A stretch of 64,000 nt of DNA from an uncultured Alphaproteobacteria bacterium (GTDB taxonomy: Bacteria; Pseudomonadota; Alphaproteobacteria; ATCC43930; CGMCC-115725), in assembly GCA_963804725.1 (NCBI GenBank), contig CAWDRN010000016.1:108844-172843 (forward strand), read 5' to 3'. A model generated the notes under the pieces. It made no database searches. It was given only the letters and a program-made list of their open reading frames with translations, and was not told where the DNA came from. Each line of letters opens with the position of its first letter. Within the stretch, counting starts at the first letter, position 1. This document shows, one piece after another, positions 22,626-31,660 of this stretch. The position numbers were made by a program, and so were the translations under genes.

Positions 22626-22941
22626 CGCTTTCTCCTTCCAGCTTCTTCTTCAGCGCGGACAGTGCGCTTAAGTGTCGGCGCTCAAATTTCCTGATCCAAC
22701 GTTCGGCGATCGCGTTGATCGGCACGGGATTGATAAAGTGCAGCTTTTCCCTGCCCTGCCGCTCCCAGGAGACGAGATTCGCCTCCTCCAGAACGGCGAG
22801 ATGCTTGGCGACTGCTTGGCGCGTCATCTCCAACCCCTCACAAAGCTCCCCCAGCGACTGACCATTCTTCCGGTGCAGTCGGTCGAGCAGCAGCCGGCGG
22901 CTTGCGTCAGCCAAAGCGTGAAATACAGCGTCGTCGTTCAT
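22618..22941 (-). CDS. ArsR/SmtB-family transcriptional regulator
   Basis: FHALADASRRLLLDRL, LGELCEGLEMTRQAVAKHLAVLEEANLV. Start MNDDAV. Its stop overlaps the SRPBCC start. Confidence 0.8.
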   Translation of the reverse strand: MNDDAVFHALADASRRLLLDRLHRKNGQSLGELCEGLEMTRQAVAKHLAVLEEANLVSWERQGREKLHFINPVPINAIAERWIRKFERRHLSALSALKKKLEGESDD

Positions 22942-22949
22942 GCAGGAAT

Positions 22950-22995
22950 ATGCAACCGTTCGGTTGCATGTAACTAGGCAACCTATAGGTTGCCT
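22950..22995. promoter_or_regulatory. two palindromic operator-like sites upstream of the ArsR gene
   Basis: ATGCAACCG-tt-CGGTTGCAT (22950-22969) and the perfect 20-bp palindrome AGGCAACCTATAGGTTGCCT (22976-22995). They share a GCAACC/GGTTGC core. Confidence 0.5.
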
Positions 22996-23004
22996 GTCAA
23001 GGAA

Positions 23005-23035
23005 AAAACGCCGCCCCCCAGGGGGCATAGCCGTA
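23005..23035 (-). terminator. possible intrinsic terminator (minus strand)
   Basis: The minus strand reads GCCCCctggGGGGC followed by ggcgTTTTTT. The stem is short, so this is tentative. Confidence 0.35.
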
Positions 23036-23071
23036 ACGCCTCCCTAGGTTGTATACCTGCTGCGGGTGGCA

Positions 23072-24068
23072 CACGATGCGAGCGTCGCTACCAGCCGCTA
23101 GCTTATACAGTGACCTTACACGGCTGGATCACCCGAAGGTGTGTCATTTACACAGATGTAAATACAAACTGTGCAATTGACACAGCTGGCAAACACAAAC
23201 CATTTAACGTCAAGCTTCGGCCCAACGCCCCGGTAGGCGTGTGCCAAACGCTGGCGTTCCTCGCACGGGTTGCTGGATCGCGCTTGACGCCGATATCAAA
23301 GGAATCGGACGCTAAGCGCGATCGGCGCGGCCACAATGGCACGAGAGGTGAGTTTGAAGCGTAGCCGGACTGCGGATCGACGGATACGCTGAGCAGATGA
23401 CCCCCCATGAATTGCGCTCTCGGATCGCGCGGTCTGGTGTATCGGGCAAACGCCTGGCGCAGTTGCTTGGTGTACCGCAGCAGAATGTTTCCGGCTAGTG
23501 CACCGGTGTACGGCCTATCCCTGAACATCACGTACCGAAGATCAGACGGATAACCGATAGTCCGCCGCCGCGTACGGAACCGGCCTGGCGCCCGCCGGCG
23601 GATATGCCGCTGTCGCGATCGAAGGGATGGCGCAGCAAAGTTTCCCGGCAACGTCGAGCCCGAGCTGAGCGGCCAGAGGCAACGCATGCGCTGCTGCCGT
23701 CACGGCGATCGGTGCGGCCGTCGCAGCCGGCGCCATCGCCTCGTACCACGGTAGATCGGCCGGCGCCTGCGGCCCCTGTGATGCAAACGCTTGATTTCTC
23801 TGTTTTGCATAACCTGTTGAAAGTGGCCACGCCGATCGACGTAAACCGGGTCTACAGTGCGGGAACCGTGCCGGCGATGGCAACGTCAGTCACTGGTGTT
23901 CCCCTAGGCCGGCGGCCGGCGCTGGCGCCCCAACCGGCCGCGGCACGGACAATAATGGCGGGGCCACGCCACGCCGATTTCGTCGCGCAATAGAACGCGC
24001 GCGTCCGGCCCCTCGATCCGGGCGCCATCATCGTGATGAGGCTGCGCTAAAAAATGCATTCGTGGCGC
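23072..24068 (+). repeat. about 1-kb repeat, copy A (inverted relative to copy B at 39025..40020)
   Basis: Alignable by eye end to end with the reverse complement of 39025..40020, with many substitutions and a few 3-nt indels. Shared ends are CACGATGCGAGCG.. and ..ATGCATTCGTG. Confidence 0.85.
23397..24050 (+). pseudogene. Cro/YdaS-like HTH protein with in-frame TAG codons (copy A)
   Basis: MTPHELRSRIARSGVSGKRLAQLLGVPQQNVSG-TAG-CTGVRPIPEH.. The TAG at 23496-23498 sits where HTH proteins of this type have Trp. A second TAG at 23991-23993 is absent from copy B. 654 nt. Confidence 0.55.
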
Positions 24069-24205
24069 CGGCGAGGGAAGTGGACGTTCCGCAGATGGCC
24101 TGGGTTGGCCGATACCGGAACAGCCGCTCTGGAGCACGCAACGGCAATAAGCAGACGTTCGTTCATGGACATTGTCGCCGGCAGGAAGCGACCCATCCAA
24201 GTCAT

Positions 24206-24410
24206 TGGGCCTCCAGTCTGCCGATCCTGAAAGCCGACCTTCGGCAAGGCCAACCAGCGGCGGCCATGCGCCCATGCCGGCCGCTCCAGACCGCTTGGCC
24301 GTCGCTCGAATGCAGACGTTCGGCCAAGTGCGGCGGTAGCTGCTCAGATATCAGCGGCGCGTGGCAACCGGCTGTAGTTGCTGCCGGCACTTACCGCCGG
24401 TTGGCGGTGG
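24206..24410 (-). promoter_or_regulatory. structured leader R1, cobalamin-riboswitch-like
   Basis: Homologous to 27590..27845. The closing helix is CCAACCGGCGG (24394-24404) with CCGCCGCTGG (24254-24263). A GCCGCTG element and a B12-box-like TCAGGATCGGCAGAC overlap the GGAGG of the downstream ATG at 24205. Confidence 0.4.
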
Positions 24411-24600
24411 AGGCTGTGTGAAGACGCGGTTGCTGCCGGTGCTGCGCCAGAATATGTCAAGAGCGGCCAGGTCGGCACGCGGAACGCTTCGAGGCGGGCG
24501 GTCCTGGAGCCACATAGTTGCTCATTGCCGTGACGGCTCGACGTGTTCACACAATCTCGGTCGAGTTCGGACCTTGATCCGGAATGGGCGGCTCACCCGC

Positions 24601-26694
24601 TCACGGCGCCCGTACCGGACCGATCTGTGGTGTCTGCACCGGCTTTGCCATGCCGTAGAAGATCACGACACCCTGGCCGCCGCAGCGCGTCGAGAGCGCC
24701 TCCTGGGGCTTGCCGATACAACTAGCGATATCCTGCCAGTTGTTCATCACCCAGACACTGCCGGCCGGATCAATCGCGATGTCGGTCTGCATCTGCAGGC
24801 CGCCTCCGACATAGCCGCCGGGTGGTGAAATTTGGTCGCCGGTCATCATGCCAGGTGGACAGGTCTCGGTGCGAACGCCGCACAGCTCCACAATTGGGCT
24901 GTCGGGCATGGCGAAGTTCGAGATCCAGGCGTTGTCGTTGCCGTCCAAAACCACCGCCCACGGCCCGGGTAGGCCACCGCCCATGAAGGGCGAGCCGGGA
25001 TAGGGCGTGCCGTCCGGCCGCAGCAGCGTGACGCTGCCGCTGTCGTAGGTTCCGCCTTGCTGCGTGGACATGGTCGTTGTCATGAAGTCCATGCCGGGCA
25101 CGACACCCCCGAATTTCGCACGGGCATCCATGTCCGCCAGATGGAGCTTGCCCATCAGCCCGTTGCCGAACCGGGTGGTGATCCAGACATTCCCTTGGCT
25201 GTCGACGTTCAGTCCAGCGGGGCTTGCCCCCGAATAAAAGTTCTCGGCCTTGCTGGGATCGGTGGTCGGGAATCGCGTCACGTGCTCGGCGAACGCGTTG
25301 CTCACCCAAATTCGGTTCTGCTGATCGATCGCGAGATGGAACGGTCCCAGAAACGACTCACAGGGCTCCTCGGTCGCGCCCTCGCAAACGATCCGGCCCT
25401 TCGTCAGGTCACCTTTCGGGAAGTAGATCAGCTGGCTCTTCGAGGCGCCGAGGGCCCACACGTCGCCGCTGGGCGTGACGATGATGCCCTGCATGAGCCC
25501 GAGGCGGCCGCCGAACGTGATGCCCTCAGGAGGCGTGAGCGGCTTGCCATTCTTGTCGAACACCGCGATCGAATGGCCGCCATACGTGGTGAACCAGGCG
25601 TTGTCGTGGCCGTCAACGGCAGCGCCGAACGTGCCCCCCTCCATTCCGCCGCCGGTAAAACCGGTGGTGATGGGCGAGAGCGGTTTGCCGTTAGGGGCGA
25701 ACTCGGTGGCATTGCCTTGCCACAGCGCGTCCTGCCCCTGCCAGCCGATCGTGAAATTGTCGCCAAACCAGAGGTTGCCTTCGCTGTCAAACATGGCCTT
25801 GCCACCCGCGCGATACCCACCCCCGTCGAACTTCAGCGGCACGACCCAGGCGCTCGGCGACCAGATCAGGTATGGCATGAACGGAACCGGGCGCATGTTC
25901 GGAGGCTTCGGCTGGCCGTCCATCTTGATAGGTGGAACCGGATAGAACTGATCGAGCAGGGCAAACAACCGTCCGGGTTGGTACCAGGGATAGCGTGCGA
26001 TCAACTCGGCCGCCGTCAGCGTGTCAGTCGGCGCGCTGCCTTTGGGCGGCGCGGCGGCCGCGAACAGCCTGCCGCACGCGTCCTCCACCACGCGCGTGGT
26101 GCAGCCGGCCAGTGCGTCCGCCAGCGTGGCGAAGTTGGCCATCGTCGGCGTCTGGCCGCCGTTGAGCGGCCCCTGAATGGCCTCGCCCCACCCGCCAGTC
26201 GTGATATCGACAAAATTGGGCACATTGCCGGCGGCGATGTGGAGGCCGAGCTCGTGACCCTGTATGGACGGGCCGTCGAGGAACTGTATCGTCGTCACGA
26301 CGGAGGCTATGGTGGTGAATTCGTTGACGACGACATGCGACAGCGGATTGCCGCCGAGCACCGACAGTAGGGCGATCGCAGGGTTGTTGCCGCCCTGCTT
26401 GCTGGCGGCGGGAGTCCCGCCTGTTGCGACAAGGTAGAGGATCGAACCAGCGGGAGTTTGGTCCGCGGACACGACGAAACTTCCGTCGGCACCGGTCGTC
26501 GACTGCGCCAGGCGTGCCGGTGCGTTCGAGCTCGCGGCCCACAGGCTCACTGTCGATCCGGCAACGGCCTTGCCGCCCGCCTGGACCTGTCCTTCGACCC
26601 GTACGGCAGCTTCAGCCGGGCTGGACGCCCAGCCGAGTAATCCTGCCACTATCAGCAGCACGAATATTCCGCTCGCGCGTCCGCAGATGCGCAT
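24601..26694 (-). CDS. secreted repeat protein (carboxypeptidase-regulatory-like N-domain plus NHL/beta-propeller-like repeats)
   Basis: Signal peptide MRICGRASGIFVLLIVAGLLGWASSPAEA, a strong GGAGGAG before the ATG at 26694, and repeated G-x-hydrophobic-W-hydrophobic-x-N/D blocks. Confidence 0.6.
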   Translation of the reverse strand: MRICGRASGIFVLLIVAGLLGWASSPAEAAVRVEGQVQAGGKAVAGSTVSLWAASSNAPARLAQSTTGADGSFVVSADQTPAGSILYLVATGGTPAASKQGGNNPAIALLSVLGGNPLSHVVVNEFTTIASVVTTIQFLDGPSIQGHELGLHIAAGNVPNFVDITTGGWGEAIQGPLNGGQTPTMANFATLADALAGCTTRVVEDACGRLFAAAAPPKGSAPTDTLTAAELIARYPWYQPGRLFALLDQFYPVPPIKMDGQPKPPNMRPVPFMPYLIWSPSAWVVPLKFDGGGYRAGGKAMFDSEGNLWFGDNFTIGWQGQDALWQGNATEFAPNGKPLSPITTGFTGGGMEGGTFGAAVDGHDNAWFTTYGGHSIAVFDKNGKPLTPPEGITFGGRLGLMQGIIVTPSGDVWALGASKSQLIYFPKGDLTKGRIVCEGATEEPCESFLGPFHLAIDQQNRIWVSNAFAEHVTRFPTTDPSKAENFYSGASPAGLNVDSQGNVWITTRFGNGLMGKLHLADMDARAKFGGVVPGMDFMTTTMSTQQGGTYDSGSVTLLRPDGTPYPGSPFMGGGLPGPWAVVLDGNDNAWISNFAMPDSPIVELCGVRTETCPPGMMTGDQISPPGGYVGGGLQMQTDIAIDPAGSVWVMNNWQDIASCIGKPQEALSTRCGGQGVVIFYGMAKPVQTPQIGPVRAP

Positions 26695-26940
26695 GTATCT
26701 CCTCCCTGGCAACGGCAAAGGTGTGGCTGGCCCAAAGACGCACGGATGCTTGACACGAGCGGTCTGCATCACTTGCTCCTAAATGTTTAGAAAAAGGCGT
26801 TCCGTCGAAGGGAGGGTGAGAACTACCGCATCGCCGGCTTTCGTGGCGTGCAGCCGGTGCAGCAAGTGCGGCGCCACCTTCATGTCACTTCGCGGGTTAA
26901 GGGGTGATGATTACCCCCAGACGCCGACTCGGGTAAACAT

Positions 26941-27345
26941 TCAACGGTAACCAACATCAAAGGCTTCGGCATCGAAGGCTCGTTTCTCCAATGATGCGTC
27001 TACCTGGTCCTCGCTGGCGATTTGCCGAGTTAGTACGTTTGAGCGATATGTGGCATAGGCCTGCTGGCTGCCAAAATACACGCACCCGCAGATGGTCGGA
27101 TCACCATAGACATAGACGGTTCTGTCGTCTCTGAAATGACGCACGAATTTGTGTGGCGGCAGGCTCTTCAACGCAGCAAGACGTCGAGGAGTGTTCGCAG
27201 GCTGGGCGACAAATCCTGCCTCAACAAGCATATCTTCTTTGCTTTGCACGTTCTGGGCGTTTTGTGTGTTTGGGACGCTCGACTGACATGCCGAAAGCAT
27301 GAGGCAGAGGGCAACCGCTACACCAATCATCGGACGATTGATCAT
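26941..27345 (-). CDS. lipoprotein of unknown function
   Basis: Lipobox LMLSAC after MINRPMIGVAVALC, and a purine-rich RBS. Confidence 0.6.
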   Translation of the reverse strand: MINRPMIGVAVALCLMLSACQSSVPNTQNAQNVQSKEDMLVEAGFVAQPANTPRRLAALKSLPPHKFVRHFRDDRTVYVYGDPTICGCVYFGSQQAYATYRSNVLTRQIASEDQVDASLEKRAFDAEAFDVGYR

Positions 27346-27517
27346 TTCCGTTCTCCCCTCTCTATCGCGAGACCATTGGCTTGTAAGCGCGCAGGGATCC
27401 GCAGACCCAACATCGTTCGGTCTGATCCTCGCAGCTGGCGCCTTCGGACCAGGCACAAAAACGCAGCGTGGCAATCAATCTAGCTACATTGTTGCCATCA
27501 TTATTCGTGCCGCAATA

Positions 27518-27548
27518 CCGCCGAACCCCCGGTGGCGGCGTTTTTTTT
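27518..27548 (+). terminator. intrinsic terminator-like hairpin with a T8 run and no plus-strand gene upstream
   Basis: CCGCC-gaacccccggt-GGCGG-cg-TTTTTTTT. Confidence 0.45.
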
Positions 27549-27589
27549 GTGGTGTCAATGCGGAACGAACCCAAGTAAGGAACTCAACG

Positions 27590-27845
27590 CCACTTTGTTA
27601 GTCCAATGGCAAGCGTCGTCGGAACGACAGCCGCCGCCCATGATGCGGCTGTCCGGTTTTCGGCATCTCGACTGCAAAGCGGACGGTCGCAAATCCACCC
27701 GCTGCGGACTTCTGAGCAGAGACTGACACGCTTGGGTGAACGTCCGCATTCGAGTGACGGCGAGGCGGCCTGGAACGACCACCATGGGCGCCGAGCGGCC
27801 GGTACCGCCGATGCTTTCGGCCGGTCTTATAGTACCTTGCACTGC
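27590..27845 (+). promoter_or_regulatory. structured leader R2, cobalamin-riboswitch-like and apparently complete
   Basis: Closing helix GCGTCGTCGG (27613-27622) with CCGCCGATGC (27805-27814), 9 of 10 pairs. Perfect 9-bp hairpin GACAGCCGC/GCGGCTGTC (27626-27653). GGTCGCAAATCC core and B12-box-like ATAGTACCTTGC. It points into the 3' end of the polymerase gene. Confidence 0.4.
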
Positions 27846-27866
27846 CTTCACGGTTACAGCCGCCCG

Positions 27867-30126
27867 CTACTCACGGGGTAGCAATGGCATAAAATCCGGC
27901 TGCGCCTCGAGCAGCAGGTTTTCGTCGATCGTTTCGAACTCGCTGCCGTCTCCGGCGATTTCGATAAGTCTGTCGAAATCAGCCGGTTTGTAGCCTTCGC
28001 TCTCTGCGAATGGCGAAGGAAGCAAAATAGGGTAAGTCACCAGGCAGCCGTCGTCATCGAGCCGGACGCGCATGGCGTCGCGTTTGCTCCGCCATTCGAA
28101 GCTCATCTGGCGCGTCTCGACTCTCCATCTTCCGGCTAGCGAAGGCTTGCCCCGGGCGAGTGCGAGCCGGCATCCGTAAAACACCCGGATCTTGACCGGG
28201 ACCGAGGGGATGAGCTGCCGGTCACGAAGCATATTTGCGATGGCGCTGGGCTGACGCAGCTTTGCGGTCCACTCAGCAAACATCCTTTGAAACTCAGGCA
28301 CGGCATCGCCGATGAACGAGCGCGGCGCGCCGCGCGATTTGAGCGATGCCTGTATCGGATGGCGACCAGTAAACGCCGGGCTGCGCTATGAAGAGATCGG
28401 GCCAGACTTTTTCTTCCCATTGTCCCAGGCCTTCGCCGATATCGAGCGACAACGGCCGGGTGCTGAATACCGCGTCGGTCGCCAGCATAACTATGGCTTC
28501 GGGATCCTGCCCGACGGCTTCGATGAGTCGCGCTCTGGTCATCGCAGTGACGAGCCCGGCCGCGACCACATCGTGATAGGGGCCGCGTCCGGTACGCTGC
28601 GCCATCTTGCCGTACAGCGAAGCCAATCCGAGCTTTAGCGGATAGCCGCGGGTTGCGGAACCGATCCGGCTGCGCTCGTCGTACAGCGCTGGCACCCAGT
28701 CAAACATCCGGCAATTACACTCGCACCGGGCGATCCACAAATCGCGGACCGCGATCATGTTGGTGCCGAGCCAGCGTCGGGCCGCTGCAATTTCGCATGA
28801 CCAGTACCAGCCGGTTCCTTGCACCGGCCAAAACAGGCCGCCATTATGCCGGAACGGCAGGCCGCACCATGGTCCGGCGGGGTGCGTGAAGGCGATTTTT
28901 GCGAGATAAAGCCCGCTCTCGGGCAAACGGCTGGCGCGCGGCCGGTGAAGCCATCGAGTATGCAGCGGGCACGGCAGCTCGGGCATTCCGGCGGGATAGG
29001 CGCTGTTTATGTCATATTGGTAAACCAGCCTGGCGAACGGACCGCCGATCGGTCCGATGCGCGACACTTCGGTACGGCCACCATAATAGGCGAAGTTGGC
29101 GGCGGCCTCGAATTCAGGATCGCGTTCCGGCCGGCGAACCCTTGCCGGGCTCCGGTTTTTGCCGGGCTGGCGTCCGGCAAGAGCCGCTGTCTCCTTCGCG
29201 GTGAGAGGACGCTTCGGTATACCGTGGTGATCCAGCAACGCTGCCGCGAGCCATCCTGCGCCGCTCCATTGCTTCGGCGAGATGCCTGCCGTGGTACAGA
29301 CCGTGCGGAATTCCGTCATCAGCATAGCCGCACAGCGGCATTCCAGCTTGCAGTATTCGATGATTTCCGGAGTCAGCTCGGAGAATTCGTCGCGATGCTC
29401 TTTGTTTCTGGTGATGAAGGCGCGTTCCTCTTCGCTGCCGATGTTCCATTTCTTGACCGCTTCCGTAAACGAGCACTGGAAAAAACCGAATGCCTCGTAA
29501 ACGGTTCGGGTTGAGCCTTTGATGATGCCCGGTCTCGGCTGGCTGCGATCGACGCGGGCGACCCGGAAATACTGGCCTTGCTGATAGATGAGCGCGTAGT
29601 CGCCCCAATAGGTATAGCACGGGCCGTTTTTGCCTTGCGGCGGGTCGAGTATCCGCTTCAAGGTCGGGATCTTGCTGATCCCGCGTAAGATCTGATTTGC
29701 GTCGTAGCCGAAGTAAAAGCCGATGAGTATCGGTTCGGCGGGAAGCGACAACAGGAATTCGAGACAATCGCGAACGGACAAGGGCTTGCCGTCGCAGTGC
29801 TTAACGTGTTCCTCGCCTGCGGTCGGTCCTGAAGCAGCCATCAACAAATAGGGTTGGCGTCCCAGGTGATCGGTTCCGGCGCCTTCGCCGTCGATCGCCA
29901 TAAACGGGCGAAGCTTCGTTCGGGCATGGTTGCGTTTGCGTTCCTTGGCAGCCTCGCGCTGCTCTGGGGTCTGCCGTTTACGCGCTTCCTGCTGGCGGAT
30001 ACGCGCTCGCTCACGCACACGCTGCCGCCGGAGTTCCAGAAGACACTGGTAATCTGCGCCGCGCGCCCGGATCATTTCGTCAATACGCGCTCTGATGACA
30101 CGATCGATCATCGCCGACACTTCCAT
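27867..30126 (-). pseudogene. family-B DNA polymerase (protein-primed / primer-independent-like) with one frame break (or an assembly indel)
   Basis: ExoI FMAIDGEG, ExoII FYFGYDANQIL, ExoIII EYCKLECRC, motif A YDINSAYPAG, motif B KLGLASLYGK, motif C LATDAVF, then LKSRGAP after a frame switch near 28340-28375. ORFs 28294..30126 and 27867..28301 join. The span is 2260 nt, one more than a multiple of 3. Confidence 0.75.
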
Positions 30127-30224
30127 CCCTGAGGGCTTATGGCTGCGGCTTCCGGCATCTGATACTCCTTACGCTCTCGCTCGCCGCCGGCTGCCGGCCC
30201 GCGTGCTGTAATAAAGTCTCCAGA

Positions 30225-30569
30225 TCATGCTGCGGTTCTTGCCGGTAAATGGGTCAGGCAGATCTGACGGAACGCTACCGGATAATCCAGAAGCACCTTC
30301 AGCAACTGGTCTTGCCGGCCGAGCGAAAGACTATTGAAGGCATCGCGATCGCGTTCGTTAAGCTTGAACCGGTAGTCCTGCCGTGCCCTGATTGCCGTGA
30401 GCCCGCGTTCTGCTTCCGTGGCCCGCCGGTTCGCACGCCGGCGTACTTCCGGCTTCTTCGTCCGGCCCGCCGTCGCCCGCGCCAGCACGGCCCGGCGCGC
30501 CAGCTCGGCTCTGTGCAATTGCGCATAGCGCTCGCTGCCAGGTCGAAAGGGGAACCGTTTCCGCGCCAT
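30225..30569 (-). CDS. small basic hypothetical protein immediately upstream of the polymerase
   Basis: 114-aa Arg/Lys-rich ORF in operon position between the SSB-like gene and PolB. I recognised no family. Confidence 0.4.
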   Translation of the reverse strand: MARKRFPFRPGSERYAQLHRAELARRAVLARATAGRTKKPEVRRRANRRATEAERGLTAIRARQDYRFKLNERDRDAFNSLSLGRQDQLLKVLLDYPVAFRQICLTHLPARTAA

Positions 30570-30720
30570 TGCCGGCTACTCGGCTCGATTGCTCCGGCCG
30601 GATTGCTTGTGTCTTTGGGGGGAGTCGGCTAGAAGAATCATGACTTTTCTCCAAAGTCACTTGCACTCGCATCTCCCCCGGCCCGTCGGCGGTGCCGGGG
30701 GAGACTTTCATACCTCTCGC

Positions 30721-31195
30721 TCAGAACAGAATTTCGTCGCTGTCGAGATCGTCTTTCGGCGACGAGCGATCGGTCCGACCGTTCGATCGGCCGCCTTGTT
30801 CGGGCGCTGCTCCGACGCGGCGAGGCGATGCCTGCGCGGGCCCGCCGGCGGCGGCCGCGCGCATCGCGACCGCGCCCGGCATGACGCGGATGCCGCGCAC
30901 TTGCTCGCCACGAAAATTGACCCACACAGAATGAATGCGGATGGGCCGCCCGATCCAGGCATCCGTGTCGTCACCGAAGGCCTTGCGCAAGGCGTCGCGA
31001 TTGCCCTTGTTCAGGGGCAGCCTACGCTGCCGCGACCTCGCCGTTGCTGTCGCAAAGCTCGAGGACGAGCTTTTTTGCCGGATCGTCGCGGCCGATGGTT
31101 TCCGCCGAGACCGTGCTGATGACCCAGCTCTCGGGCTGATCGCCGAAATCGGCGGCGGTGAAGTAGGGCGAATTGTCGAAGTCACTTGCACGCAT
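30721..31195 (-). pseudogene. SSB-like small DNA-binding protein with an acidic C-terminal tail and one frame break (or an assembly indel)
   Basis: GGAG-ATG start at 31195 (MRASDFDNSPYF..KKLVLELCDSNGE). After a shift near 31022-31035 it reads ..LPLNKGNRDALRKAFGDDTDAWIGRPIRIHSVWVNFRGEQVRGIRVMP.. and ends DDLDSDEILF, which resembles the SSB tail DFDDDIPF. 475 nt. Confidence 0.5.
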
Positions 31196-31242
31196 CGACT
31201 TGCTCCTTTTGGTTGATGCTCCAAAAAATCCAAAGTCTTCTC

Positions 31243-31512
31243 TCAAGCGGCATCTTTCGGGCGCCGCCTGACAATGCAGCGCGAGCCGGCAGGCTCGGGA
31301 TCGGACAGGCGCAGTGCCGCCGGCGTCGCCTCAGCAAGCCTTCGGCCCACGGTTTCGACAATGTAAGTGCGCAGCAAGAAGCCGGCATATTCGCTTCGCG
31401 CCGCAATCGGCAGCTTGCCTTCACCGATCCAGATTGAAATACGAGCAACCGTAACGGCGAGGCGCTGTGCCGCCTCTTCGAGAGTCAGAAAACGCGGAAA
31501 ATCTTCGGTCAT
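31243..31512 (-). CDS. excisionase/MerR-type HTH protein
   Basis: FLTLEEAAQRLAVTVARISIWIGEGKLP. AGGAG lies about 12 nt upstream of the ATG at 31512. An alternative ATG at 31584 has no RBS. Confidence 0.55.
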   Translation of the reverse strand: MTEDFPRFLTLEEAAQRLAVTVARISIWIGEGKLPIAARSEYAGFLLRTYIVETVGRRLAEATPAALRLSDPEPAGSRCIVRRRPKDAA

Positions 31513-31660
31513 CGCGGGTGGGGTCTCCTCGACCCGCGAACGTATGCGAGTTTTTACCCTGCGTGGTGCATCGGTGGTGGTCATTTGGTAATTGACCGGT
31601 TGCGGGCGGCGGGGCAGGCTTCCATCGACAAAAAAGAGGCAGTGTTTTGGAGAGATCGTC

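Noticed and set aside
23496-23498. Genetic-code reassignment of TAG, given four in-frame TAGs in the window.
   Set aside because: TAG also appears to be used as a normal stop (for example the PolB and LysR genes). The affected genes sit among many other decayed genes. Nonsense mutation is the simpler explanation.
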